DNA of 64,000 nt from IMG/VR virus record IMGVR_UViG_3300021962_000059. One strand, written 5' to 3'. Every line of letters starts with the position of its first letter. Position 1 is the stretch's first letter. The notes under the pieces are model-generated. The model saw only the letters and a program-made list of their open reading frames with translations, was not told the origin of the DNA and searched no databases. Below, piece after piece: positions 17,338 to 26,950 of this stretch. The DNA is from a virus. A program made the position numbers and the translations under genes.

Positions 17338-18096
17338 TTAGATAAATCTTAAAGCCCTCTCGTAATACCGTTTTCTTTCAGCTAGTCCATTTGTACCACC
17401 GTTGACGCGGCGGGTAACTTGTTCAACGGTTGCCCCACGGTCGCATAATTCATTCATTTTGTTATTTTGCCACCAAAACCCAGAAGGTAAAAACAAATAT
17501 CTTTCGCTGACATATCGCCACCCTTCCATAACACGCTGATCGCCTATGTAGTTAGCAAATGCCTGATAATTAGCTCTGCCAGTCATTTGCAAGGCATCTA
17601 CACCTCTAAACTTTCTCCCATCACCAGGACGGGTATTTCCTAAGTCTCTACGCTCTTCATAATTTGAGCCGTCATGAATTTCTACCATAAACCTTAAGCC
17701 TGCTGATTCATGGGCTATTTGACTTAAAAAGTGCCTTACTCTTGGTAGCGTGATAATATCAAATCTCTTAAGGCATTCATCTAATTTTTGGAACTGAAAA
17801 TCAGTAATTTTATCGTTAAGCCTATCAAACACAGCCTCAACTTGATCCTTGCGAACCACAGTAGGATTAAGGTCGTCAAAGTGACTAACAAATGCGTACC
17901 AGTTAAATCTACCCTCAATCGGTGGTTTTATTTCTATTAAATAGTGATTTTTTTCTCTTCTAATGATTTGATTATAAATTACCTTTTGACCAGATTTAAT
18001 TGGAACTGATCTAAAGTCTTGGGGAAGACTTTCAGAACTAGAGTCGATTAGGTGAGACTTTAAGATAGTGTTGCGATTTGCTGTTAGGGATTTCAT
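17338..18096 (-). CDS. Endolysin, glycoside hydrolase family 19 (chitinase-like)
   Basis: 252 aa. FLSQIAHESAGLRFMVEI...YEERRDLGNTRPGDGRKFRGVDALQMTGRANYQAF matches the GH19 phage endolysin signature (AHES..., GRG.xQLTG..NY). Confidence 0.85.
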   Translation of the reverse strand: MKSLTANRNTILKSHLIDSSSESLPQDFRSVPIKSGQKVIYNQIIRREKNHYLIEIKPPIEGRFNWYAFVSHFDDLNPTVVRKDQVEAVFDRLNDKITDFQFQKLDECLKRFDIITLPRVRHFLSQIAHESAGLRFMVEIHDGSNYEERRDLGNTRPGDGRKFRGVDALQMTGRANYQAFANYIGDQRVMEGWRYVSERYLFLPSGFWWQNNKMNELCDRGATVEQVTRRVNGGTNGLAERKRYYERALRFI

Positions 18097-18127
18097 AGTA
18101 GTTTAGCTAGTAAAGTTGACAATTCTA

Positions 18128-18535
18128 TTAAGGTTTATGTTCAAGTATTCCAATTCGTCTGTCAAATTCTTCCTGTTTCCTGCGAATTGTTTCTATTTGA
18201 TCAAAAATAGATGAGAAAGTTTCTTGTTTGGCTTTAATTAGGCTCATCTCTTTGTCGAGTTGAGATGTTAATGTGGTCAGTTTTTCTATTCCTGTTGATA
18301 GTTTTTCGACCATTTTCTCTAGTTTCTGTTCAAAAGATTCCATCTTCCTTGATATCTTCTCAAGGGTTTCGTGATCAAGTTCTTTAGCCTGTGATCTGGT
18401 ATTTTTTGAAAGCACACTAAGTAATGCTATTGCAATAGCCAAAACAGTGCCGATGTCATTAAGACTTATTTTTAGACCATAATTCCCAGCATAAGGGGGA
18501 TGGCTTTGGTTGTTAGCAACAGAAATATAATACAT
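18128..18535 (-). CDS. Membrane-anchored coiled-coil protein (holin/lysis-accessory candidate)
   Basis: 135 aa. One TM segment (GTVLAIAIALLSVL) followed by a long coiled coil, directly upstream of the endolysin. Confidence 0.45.
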   Translation of the reverse strand: MYYISVANNQSHPPYAGNYGLKISLNDIGTVLAIAIALLSVLSKNTRSQAKELDHETLEKISRKMESFEQKLEKMVEKLSTGIEKLTTLTSQLDKEMSLIKAKQETFSSIFDQIETIRRKQEEFDRRIGILEHKP

Positions 18536-18591
18536 AGTAAAAGGGGATGTATTTGGTTGGTAACAGAAATATAATACATAGTAAAAGGGGA
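18506..18591. repeat. 44-bp tandem duplication covering the RBS and start of 18128..18535
   Basis: TTGGTTG(TTA)G(C/T)AACAGAAATATAATACATAGTAAAAGGGGA occurs twice. The two ATGs (18535 and 18579) are 44 nt apart and therefore out of frame. Confidence 0.7.
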
Positions 18592-18644
18592 GTATAAAAC
18601 CATTCTAGTCTTTTTTCTTTACTAGATAAAATATTTAAAAAAAG

Positions 18645-21590
18645 TTAACCTTGTCTTGGAGGTGCAAGATAAAAATCATTACCTTTCATAAAGTTTCCAA
18701 AGCTAGGGATACCTCCAAAGTTTTGAACGTTATCCCAATCGTTTCTACAGGCATTATAGGTACGCTCACAACCAGCAGTTAAAATTACCTTGTCATGGGC
18801 GGCGATAGAGTCAGCCGCACCAGTAAATAACTCAATTCTAGTCCTTTGACCAGATTGCTGAATAGTTTGGTAGATTGCATAAGTAGCTGATTTATTTTTC
18901 CCATCGATAAAGGTACACTTCCCCCATCTAAGGTTAGCAAAATTATCGCCGTAAACGTCAAAAACACGACGATCACCGACGCTGGCAACGTAAGTGGTAT
19001 AAGTTGGGGGGATTTTTCGACAACCAGTTCCATCGCCGTTATCTTGCCCAAAAAACCATCGACAAGATGGGGATGTTTTTTCGTCTCTAGACTGTCTAAG
19101 CTTAATGCTCCCTTCTGTGAGATTTTCGAGAGTATAAGCCTCCTCGCTTTTTGATGTAATTTCTCCTATATATCCGACCTGTACCTGTTCGTCAGGAAGA
19201 CTAAGAAGTGAGTTAGGAAGATTACGCCAATTGACTACGGCTGTGATAATTTTTGCCTCTTGAAATCGGTCTGAGAAGATTAAATTTTCTGTAATATTGT
19301 CGCTAAAAGCTCCCCGCATTTCTTCATTATCTGCCTCAATTCCTAGCTTTCTTTCTAGGGCTGTGGGGTCAAGGGCATGATGTGATTTAAATACTATCCC
19401 ATCGATTATTAAATCACGGGAAAAGTTGGTATATCCTAATTTTTGCCCGTCCGTAAGTTCAATTAAAATACATCGACAAAGGGTTAGAACGGGACTTGAG
19501 AGATTACCATTTGTCCCATTGTCTATTACTATTCCCTCGCTAAATCTTCTAATCTGTAATTCTCCAAGAGAATAAATTTTTAGAGATGTTTGGTTCTGAT
19601 AGCTTAAACTTTGAGAGTTAAACCTAGATACAATTGATGAATTGTTAACTAAATCTGGGTAGCGAAAGGTAGCACCCGAACCTTTAGCACACAGCCATAA
19701 ACAAATTAAATATTCAATATCTTTTTGATCAAGGGTCTTTCTTTGTTGTAAAGAGTTTATATCAGCAGGCGCATTTCTCCTAGAGTATCTTTTTCTTTCT
19801 CCAGAAGATAAAGTGATTATATTGGTTTCAAATTGAGGGCTAATAGTAGATTGCTTGGTTAGATTAAGTGCAAAATCGTGGTTAATTGTAGCGTTAAAAA
19901 TATCAGGCGGGATAATATCTGGTTCAATTCTTGATTCACGCAAAATAAGGTTTGGGACTGAAAAAAGACCGTTAATATTGGTCGGATTTCCGTTGACAGT
20001 TTTAACAATTGGTTGATAATCTAACTTATCCTCTTCAAAGTGGCAAAGGGTTTTAAATGTTCCTTCCCAAGTTAGTGTTCCAGGGTTAGGAGGTGTTTCA
20101 AACACTACTCTATCGGGAGTCACGCAATAACCAGATAGTAATGTATTACCTTGATAGATTTTAGGGTTAAAAGGGTATTCATGAAGAGCAAATTTATATC
20201 TCTGGTTAAAATATCGAGTGGTCGTAATATCTGGTACTGGTAAATTTGGTTGCCCTCCCCATGTGTGTACCCACCACGCTTCATAGATATGCCTTCTGCC
20301 ATTATCACCTATTGGAGTGAGTAAAGTGTGTCTAATCCAATCGTATTGTCCATTGCCAGATTTAATACCAACGACAATAGCATAATGGCTTATAGGTAAT
20401 AAAAATATTGGATTAGGAGCGTTAAAAACAATATTATTAGTACCTGATGGAATATTGCTGGGAATAATAAAATCTGTTACTTTGTCCCAATGATAGTTAT
20501 TATAACTTACCTCGTTATTTCCAAAAGGGAAAGATCCCCTGTACAAACTAACTACTAATTCAGAAGAAGGAACAACTTGAGTTAACCTAAGAGTAATTGA
20601 ACCAAGCCAATATCCATCAACCTTTCTTAGACTAGGATTCTCGAAATTATCTGTAGGAACTTCAAAATAAGCCGCTCTCCATCGATCAACTGTTATATCG
20701 TCATAACCACTAGATTCGCTGATTGGACGTACAGTATCAACAAATGTCCTTGAGTTATAAGGTGGTTCGGGATAGAGGATTGGTCGATAATATTCATTTC
20801 CCCCGCAAGAATATTTTTTAGTTAATAGAAACTCTGTTCTTATTCCGTCAGCACTGGGATAAAGAACACCTTGAGTTGATACGCCGTTCTCAAGTATTTT
20901 AGGATTTTTTGTAGCTTCAAAATCGGATAAGTCTCGATAGAGGAGACCTCCTTTTGCCCCTTTAACGGCTTCATGAAAGTCTAAGAGATTGTTTAGATCA
21001 TCAGATTTTAAAGCAGTACGGGAAAGATTAAAAATACGAATGGGGTCAGCCCATTCTATAATTCTTTGTTCTGCTGTCCCAGTGTTGTCATATTCAAAGT
21101 TAGAAAATTGAATTTCTGTCTGATAGTCTCGATCAGGAACTATCGGGAAATTAGGAGTATTTAAAGGGTAAGGGCTTAATGGAAAATAAATAGGATTAAT
21201 AATAGGAGCGACTTCTATAATTTCAACATTGTAAGCTAATTTTGTAGATTCAGGAGGAGAACTTAATGGAGAATAACTAGGGCAAGTTCTTTTTAAATTT
21301 ACTCCACTAGGAAAAACAAACTCTCCATTAAATACAAACTTACTGGTTACGGTGTCTCTAATATACTGAGATTCTGCTATTGGATAAATATCGACTTGTT
21401 GTCCATATTTAGTCTCAATCTTCCATATCTGATCAAATTGGTTTATCCCCCCAGTGATTGTTAAAAAGGGATTTTTATCCCAAGAAATGGGGGTGACGGT
21501 TCTCCAAAATATAGGATTATCTTGAGTCCCATCTAAGCTTTTTTCTCTAGCGGTTCCAAAAACGTGATAATAAATATTGTGCTGGTTCAT
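18645..21590 (-). CDS. Tail baseplate protein: fusion of a distal-tail (RcGTA g12 / DUF2460-like) and a hub (RcGTA g13 / DUF2163 + BR0599-like) module with an inserted domain
   Basis: 981 aa. The segment QRIIEWADPIRIFNLSRT...LLDFHEAVKGAKGGLLYRDLSDFEAT resembles the g12 family. LTLCRCILIELTDGQKLGYTNFSRDLIIDGIVF resembles g13. The C-terminal GCERTYNACRNDWDNVQNFGGIPSFG resembles the BR0599 motif. Confidence 0.7.
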   Translation of the reverse strand: MNQHNIYYHVFGTAREKSLDGTQDNPIFWRTVTPISWDKNPFLTITGGINQFDQIWKIETKYGQQVDIYPIAESQYIRDTVTSKFVFNGEFVFPSGVNLKRTCPSYSPLSSPPESTKLAYNVEIIEVAPIINPIYFPLSPYPLNTPNFPIVPDRDYQTEIQFSNFEYDNTGTAEQRIIEWADPIRIFNLSRTALKSDDLNNLLDFHEAVKGAKGGLLYRDLSDFEATKNPKILENGVSTQGVLYPSADGIRTEFLLTKKYSCGGNEYYRPILYPEPPYNSRTFVDTVRPISESSGYDDITVDRWRAAYFEVPTDNFENPSLRKVDGYWLGSITLRLTQVVPSSELVVSLYRGSFPFGNNEVSYNNYHWDKVTDFIIPSNIPSGTNNIVFNAPNPIFLLPISHYAIVVGIKSGNGQYDWIRHTLLTPIGDNGRRHIYEAWWVHTWGGQPNLPVPDITTTRYFNQRYKFALHEYPFNPKIYQGNTLLSGYCVTPDRVVFETPPNPGTLTWEGTFKTLCHFEEDKLDYQPIVKTVNGNPTNINGLFSVPNLILRESRIEPDIIPPDIFNATINHDFALNLTKQSTISPQFETNIITLSSGERKRYSRRNAPADINSLQQRKTLDQKDIEYLICLWLCAKGSGATFRYPDLVNNSSIVSRFNSQSLSYQNQTSLKIYSLGELQIRRFSEGIVIDNGTNGNLSSPVLTLCRCILIELTDGQKLGYTNFSRDLIIDGIVFKSHHALDPTALERKLGIEADNEEMRGAFSDNITENLIFSDRFQEAKIITAVVNWRNLPNSLLSLPDEQVQVGYIGEITSKSEEAYTLENLTEGSIKLRQSRDEKTSPSCRWFFGQDNGDGTGCRKIPPTYTTYVASVGDRRVFDVYGDNFANLRWGKCTFIDGKNKSATYAIYQTIQQSGQRTRIELFTGAADSIAAHDKVILTAGCERTYNACRNDWDNVQNFGGIPSFGNFMKGNDFYLAPPRQG

Positions 21591-21641
21591 AGATTTAGGG
21601 TAATTCTATAATGAAAATGTGATACTTAGAAAATTTAAATA

Positions 21642-22184
21642 TCAATAACTTTGTCCGTTGATGCTAAATTGAAAAGGACCAGACCCAGAAAAAACACCCC
21701 AAATATTTGAAGCCCCTTGATCATTGCTAAAAATAGCCTGATCACCGATCAACCAACCAGTCAACCCTGTTTCTACAGTAGAATCAGTCTTAGCCCAAAA
21801 ATATCTTCCACTACCAATTGAAACCCCAGCAACTAACCAGTAAGTAGTATTAGCGGTTAATAGTTGCGGACTGGTAAGCGTAAACTCGTAATTGTTAGTG
21901 CCACCAATAGAAGGAACATTGAAATTCATTATCTCAGTGTTTGGGCTTCCACTGCCACTATAGAGTTTAACAAACAAAGAACCCGAAGTGAATTGACCAA
22001 ACCGAAGAGTGACCGAGCTAATAACATGAACATTACTGGCATTGCCAGTTTGAAAACTTGAACTCACCCATTGATCGTTTTTTACCTCGAATCCCGCACT
22101 AGCTGGAGTTATTGGGGGTCGGTTGCTAACAAGATTTATTACCTGATTAGGGATTGGCATCGGATCAATAGTCAATGGCAACAT
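21642..22184 (-). CDS. Tail-associated beta-sandwich-like protein
   Basis: 180 aa. LFVKLYSGSGSPNTE...TTYWLVAGVSIGSGRYFWAKTD resembles the central insert of 18645..21590 (LVVSLYRGSFPFGNNE...HYAIVVGIKSGNGQYDWIRH). Start/stop coupled to the fibre gene. Confidence 0.45.
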   Translation of the reverse strand: MLPLTIDPMPIPNQVINLVSNRPPITPASAGFEVKNDQWVSSSFQTGNASNVHVISSVTLRFGQFTSGSLFVKLYSGSGSPNTEIMNFNVPSIGGTNNYEFTLTSPQLLTANTTYWLVAGVSIGSGRYFWAKTDSTVETGLTGWLIGDQAIFSNDQGASNIWGVFSGSGPFQFSINGQSY

Positions 22185-23824
22185 TAGGGATTCTCCGTGT
22201 AATCTATCCGAAAACTGATATTAATTAGTCCTGTGATCGAACTAAAGCTAATTCTTAATCTTCCGCCCGCACTAAGAATATTATTAGCAGTGGCTAATTG
22301 ATCAGCTAATACCGTAGTGGTACAATTCAAACTATTGAGTCCCGATATATTAGTCGTATCATTTTGAATAGAAATTACGGCACTCCCACTACTCAGGGAG
22401 TTGATTAGTCCAGAAACTTTATTGATTGTTACTCCTACGGGAAAAGGAGGTAAAGTCAATGTTTTCGGAAAAGATGCTCCTTCAAGCCTTGGATCATTCG
22501 CAATAAGTGCAAAAATAGTAATCGGCCAAGAATCTTCGCTGCTTCCCCCGCCACCAGTTGGTAAATTCTTGATAGCAGAAGCATCTAATCGATCACCGCC
22601 AGTCAAGGTGGCGAGAGAATCTCTGATTTGAGAAGCTGATAAAACAGGTAAATTAGTTAGTTGACTTCCATCTACTGCGGGTAATTTAGCGGTATTGTCC
22701 AGTCGAATTAGATTGTTAGCTTCGACTCCAATGGGTATTTCAGTGATAGTTCCATTGCCATTGGTGGGCTTACCTAATGCAATATTCCCGCTATTTGTCT
22801 GTTGTAGCTTGGAATAAGTGACAGATTGATTGTCGATAGTCCAAGTCGTACCAGAGTTAGAAACAGTAATATCACCCTTATCACCATCTGTAACCCCAGT
22901 TCCCCCACCCCCAGTAGGTAAATTAGTTAGTTGGCTCCCGTCTATTGCCGGTAGTTTAGCGGCACTATCTAACCTGACAATACTATTGGCAGTCGTACCA
23001 GTTTCTACTGTCCAAGTTGTACCAGAGTTACTAACGGCTACATCACCTTTATCACCATCAGTAACACCAGTAATATTAAGATCATTAAGCTGTTTTTGAA
23101 GTTTACCAAAACCCTGTAAAACGTTGTCAGTAGTGGTTATTGCGCCACCAGTAGTTGTTGACAGTCCAGTTAATACAGTTGTTAAAACATTTGCGGACGG
23201 ATTGATATTATTAATCTGATTTTGAATCTTACCTAACGAAATTAGCAGCGTATCAGTAGCAGTTATCGCACCTCCAGTAGATGTACTTAAAGCTGTCAAT
23301 GGAGTTGATAAAACTTTTGAGAAGAACCCAAAAAACCCTTTAACTCCTGATTCTTTTCCATAGAAAGTATCGTTATTAGGATTCCCTGCGATTTCATCAG
23401 CTTTGGCTACTATTCCCGCAGCACTTCCCCCGTATTCAGCAACAAGCATATCCCCCGCGCCTGTTACTGTCTGCCAGTTTGTACCATTAAAAAATAAATT
23501 ATCACCAGAAACAAGGGAGACTTTTATCCCTAGAAAAGGTAGCCAAAATCCCCAATCGCCATTAGGCTGCCCATTTAGCCCAATCAAAGGAAAGGCTATT
23601 TGATTAGTCTTTCCTTCCCATGCTCCGGTGGCTCCCGTGGGAACAATATAATAGCTATCTGGTGTTAATCCAGAAGTTGGGGGAGTTGTCACGATTCGAC
23701 TAATTACTGGCACGGAAGCCACCGATGTTAATCGAATCAGTTCGTTTACAAGCTGTTCTTTATACTCCTGAGATGGGTTAAGCATAAAGCCGTTATTGCC
23801 TAATATTTTCCCAGTCATCTCCAA
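22184..23824 (-). CDS. Tail fibre protein with internal repeats
   Basis: 546 aa. Duplicated modules: TGVTDGDKGD(V/I)xVSNSGTTWT, LDxxAKLPA(I/V)DGSQLTNLP (twice, plus LDASAIKNLPTGGGG), and LSTxTGGAITxTD..L...GK(I/L)Q.Q(I/L)N. Confidence 0.7.
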   Translation of the reverse strand: MEMTGKILGNNGFMLNPSQEYKEQLVNELIRLTSVASVPVISRIVTTPPTSGLTPDSYYIVPTGATGAWEGKTNQIAFPLIGLNGQPNGDWGFWLPFLGIKVSLVSGDNLFFNGTNWQTVTGAGDMLVAEYGGSAAGIVAKADEIAGNPNNDTFYGKESGVKGFFGFFSKVLSTPLTALSTSTGGAITATDTLLISLGKIQNQINNINPSANVLTTVLTGLSTTTGGAITTTDNVLQGFGKLQKQLNDLNITGVTDGDKGDVAVSNSGTTWTVETGTTANSIVRLDSAAKLPAIDGSQLTNLPTGGGGTGVTDGDKGDITVSNSGTTWTIDNQSVTYSKLQQTNSGNIALGKPTNGNGTITEIPIGVEANNLIRLDNTAKLPAVDGSQLTNLPVLSASQIRDSLATLTGGDRLDASAIKNLPTGGGGSSEDSWPITIFALIANDPRLEGASFPKTLTLPPFPVGVTINKVSGLINSLSSGSAVISIQNDTTNISGLNSLNCTTTVLADQLATANNILSAGGRLRISFSSITGLINISFRIDYTENP

Positions 23825-25616
23825 ACTCCTCTATCATCTTGGCTTTTACCCAGTTATTATTTTCAATTTTACAAAGACTTTTCAAGTAAGTTTCATAACG
23901 ATTTAAGTCTTCTTTATTATAGTCTTTTTTGAAAATTGCGTGAAGTCTCCACGACTTAGGCGGCATCCAGTCCTTGCTTAATTTAGGATTTTTGAATGTT
24001 TTGATCATCCATCCCCGGACACTGTCAATATGCTCACCTTTTTTATAAGCTTCTTTGAGAGCGTATTTATAGGCTAGGTATAATTCTCTATCTCTATCGT
24101 GAATTATGATTTCTAATCTTTCGTTGGCTATTTGTTTCTTTTCTTTTGTTGGAAATTCGTAACCACAGTGAGGGCAAATACGAGCGGAAGCATAAGTGAT
24201 TTTACCGCAATTTTCGCACTCTTTAATCGGAGCCTGTCCTTTTTGAGTATCGGAAGATGTAGAAAGCTTGGGATAGTCCACATCTTCGATAAATCCGTGT
24301 TCCGTCACGTTCCCCGCTTGATCTAATACCAAACAGTCAATTTTATCTAGCCAGCTACAGAGTCTTTGACCCCGACCAGTCATTTGAATATAAAGAGTCC
24401 GGCTTTTAGTCGGTCTGGCATGGATAATACAAGAAATTGCAGGTAAGTTAAATCCGATCCCGCAAGTGTTAATATTTACAATTCCCCGCAATCTTAATTC
24501 AGCTACTTTTCTGAATATTTCTCTTCTTTCCTGTTCTGGTGTTTCAGCCGTGATAATAGCCGTGGGAACACCCCTTTTATTAAATTCTGTACAGAGGCTT
24601 TTTGCGTGTTCTACACCCGCAGCGAAGCAAACAAATTGTCTCCCTTGACCGAGCCTACGATACTCGGAAACCGTTGATTTTACCGCTTCTAGGCAACGAA
24701 TTTCTAGCTGACTAACATCAAAATCACCGCCATTGATTTTTACTCCTTTAGTATTGATTTTATTTTTAGTACCAAAATAAACACAACCAACAAGCGCACC
24801 CTGTTCAATCATTTCTTTGGGAGTAGGACCAGTTACCTGAACCTCAAAAATATCTCCTAACTCCTCTCTTTTTGACAAACGCCACGGAGTTGCTGTTAGA
24901 CCAATTACGAGACGATTATCTACTGGTAGGGTTTTTCCCGAAAAAAGATGCTGTTGCTTACGAATCACTTCCCATGCTGAGTTTATCTCTTGTAAAGTTT
25001 CCTTTGATTCAGCGTGAATTAGGCTAAGATGTTTGTATTTTTCCTTAGCTTCATCAAAAGTGATTTTGTAGGGTTCTAAGTCTTCTCTTTCTACGGCAAT
25101 CCCTAATACTGCTAATTCATCACGAATATCTTTAATTGAGGTTGTTTGTTTACCATTTTTAAGATTTGGGAAGTTATCTTTAAACCACTGACAATAAGCT
25201 GATAAATGCACTTCATCAGCTAGTATTACTTCGGGATTGAACCAACTCAAGTCGCGCCCTCTAGACAAGGTTTGCGTTGTTGCAATTTGAACTAACTGAC
25301 TTCTATCTTCTTTATAACCACCAGCAATTACTCCGGCAGTTAATCCAAATTTTGCTAATGTTTCTAGAGTCTGTTCTATGAGTACCGTAAAGGGTACTAC
25401 AATTAAAGTCCGTCGCTGTCTTTTTACTGCGGCATCATAGATTATTTGACAGAAAAATACTGTTTTTCCCCATCCGCAAGGGGCAACTACTAAGGCTCTT
25501 TTATGGATTTTTAGAGCATCATACAGTTCTCTTTTAAGAGCTTTTTGGTCGTCTCTTAATTGAATTTGTGGTTTAGTCGGTACGAAAAGTGTTTGTGTTT
25601 GTAGTGTTAGTGTCAT
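23793..25616 (-). CDS. SF2 (DEAD/DEAH-like) helicase with C-terminal zinc ribbon
   Basis: 607 aa. Walker A VAPCGWGKT, motif II LADEVH, motif VI QMTGRGQRL, and CENCG...CPHCG. Confidence 0.8.
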   Translation of the reverse strand: MTLTLQTQTLFVPTKPQIQLRDDQKALKRELYDALKIHKRALVVAPCGWGKTVFFCQIIYDAAVKRQRRTLIVVPFTVLIEQTLETLAKFGLTAGVIAGGYKEDRSQLVQIATTQTLSRGRDLSWFNPEVILADEVHLSAYCQWFKDNFPNLKNGKQTTSIKDIRDELAVLGIAVEREDLEPYKITFDEAKEKYKHLSLIHAESKETLQEINSAWEVIRKQQHLFSGKTLPVDNRLVIGLTATPWRLSKREELGDIFEVQVTGPTPKEMIEQGALVGCVYFGTKNKINTKGVKINGGDFDVSQLEIRCLEAVKSTVSEYRRLGQGRQFVCFAAGVEHAKSLCTEFNKRGVPTAIITAETPEQERREIFRKVAELRLRGIVNINTCGIGFNLPAISCIIHARPTKSRTLYIQMTGRGQRLCSWLDKIDCLVLDQAGNVTEHGFIEDVDYPKLSTSSDTQKGQAPIKECENCGKITYASARICPHCGYEFPTKEKKQIANERLEIIIHDRDRELYLAYKYALKEAYKKGEHIDSVRGWMIKTFKNPKLSKDWMPPKSWRLHAIFKKDYNKEDLNRYETYLKSLCKIENNNWVKAKMIEEFGDDWENIRQ

Positions 25617-25630
25617 GTTTTTATTTGAGA

Positions 25631-26089
25631 TTATATTTTGGTTTCAATGAAATCTATAGTCACTCGCAATTGACTATCTTTTTTAGCTTTCCTAGACGAG
25701 TCTATTTTGGGCTGCATCTCATTTTCAATAAAATCTGAGATAGGTTTCATTATTTTTTTTGCTTCTGCGAGTAAAGTATCTAAGTTTTTACCGTCTCCTT
25801 GTATTTTTTTTCTGTTTGATTTTATCTCAACCCAACTAAAGCAAGGAATCCGATCAGGTTCTAAAGCGAAACATTCTACTGTAACTATTAATTTTTTAGA
25901 ATATTTATTTTGAAACTCAATCCACATCTTGCATTCATATTGCCCTAGACATTGACAAAACATACGCAGTGTTCCTTGTAGATAGGAGAATCCGTCTTCT
26001 GTTTTTATTTGCCATTCCGAGCAATTAGACTGACTAAAAGTTTCTTTACAGAAAACTTCAATTTGTTTTAATGCTTCTGTTTTGTTCAT
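25631..26089 (-). CDS. Paralog family 1 (PF1) member, divergent subfamily C
   Basis: 152 aa. N-terminal helix ALKQIEVFCKETF, then ...FSWVEIKSN..., and C-terminal helix IMKPISDFIENEMQ. Confidence 0.6.
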   Translation of the reverse strand: MNKTEALKQIEVFCKETFSQSNCSEWQIKTEDGFSYLQGTLRMFCQCLGQYECKMWIEFQNKYSKKLIVTVECFALEPDRIPCFSWVEIKSNRKKIQGDGKNLDTLLAEAKKIMKPISDFIENEMQPKIDSSRKAKKDSQLRVTIDFIETKI

Positions 26090-26093
26090 TGTT

Positions 26094-26576
26094 TTAACAG
26101 GTAATCGTTTTGATGAAATTTGATATAGCCTCTACTATTTCGTCTGTTTTATCACAGATAAAATCAATCTCATTTTGTTTATCAGGGTTCTCAACGTCAC
26201 TGTAAAGTGATTCATGGTAACTAAACCCTATATATTTATATATTTCTTTTATTTGCCCTGTTCTTAAGTCAAATATTCTACTTTTCACTTTGACTGCTGG
26301 TAAATCATCAGAATCTCGGTAATGACACATGACTTTAATATGGGCTATTGTTTGCTTGTCTAAAAGAACCTTAGCATTACCTATTAAGTGAATTTGTTCA
26401 TCAAATTTTAATTGCCATTCCGACCAAAGAAGGCTTTTAAACGCCCAACTGTTCCAGTCGGAATTGTTGTTATATTCTTTGTAACAAAAAGCCGCAATCT
26501 TTTGTAGTATTCTTGCTTTTCTCGAGCGCTCCATAGCTTCTAGTTTTTTAAAAAACTCTTCTGCTGTTATTGTCAT
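26094..26576 (-). CDS. PF1 member, divergent subfamily C
   Basis: 160 aa. ILQKIAAFCYKEY...W...W, with C-terminal EIVEAISNFIKTI. 4-nt overlap with the next gene. Confidence 0.55.
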   Translation of the reverse strand: MTITAEEFFKKLEAMERSRKARILQKIAAFCYKEYNNNSDWNSWAFKSLLWSEWQLKFDEQIHLIGNAKVLLDKQTIAHIKVMCHYRDSDDLPAVKVKSRIFDLRTGQIKEIYKYIGFSYHESLYSDVENPDKQNEIDFICDKTDEIVEAISNFIKTITC

Positions 26577-26950
26577 AGTGTCACCTCGGTTTGTATTTCA
26601 TTTTTGATAAACTGAAAAATATCAATCATAATCTGTGTTCCTTTTTTACGCCATAGATTTAATTCTTCATGTTTAGCGGTTCCACTTTTCTTGAATGAGA
26701 TTTTACTGTTTTTTCTGTCATTTATCCATACAAGAAAACTTCCTTCCCAATCTAAATTAGAAATAGTAGATCGACCTTCTATATAATTTCTAAAATCATT
26801 AGTAAACTTTATATCTATCCATATAGACTTAGGGCGATACCCGTAAATCATGTCTTGAGTTCTGCTTAAAGACGTAAATGACCACTTTAGCTCTGGGTAA
26901 GTTTTTTGGCAGAAATTGAATATTTTTGTGGTTACTTCTGTTATATTCAT
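26573..26950 (-). CDS. PF1 member, subfamily A
   Basis: 125 aa. MNITEVTTKIFNFCQKTYPELKW ... LDWEGSFLVWIN ... GTQIMIDIFQFIKNEIQTEVTL. ATGA overlaps on both sides. Confidence 0.7.
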   Translation of the reverse strand: MNITEVTTKIFNFCQKTYPELKWSFTSLSRTQDMIYGYRPKSIWIDIKFTNDFRNYIEGRSTISNLDWEGSFLVWINDRKNSKISFKKSGTAKHEELNLWRKKGTQIMIDIFQFIKNEIQTEVTL

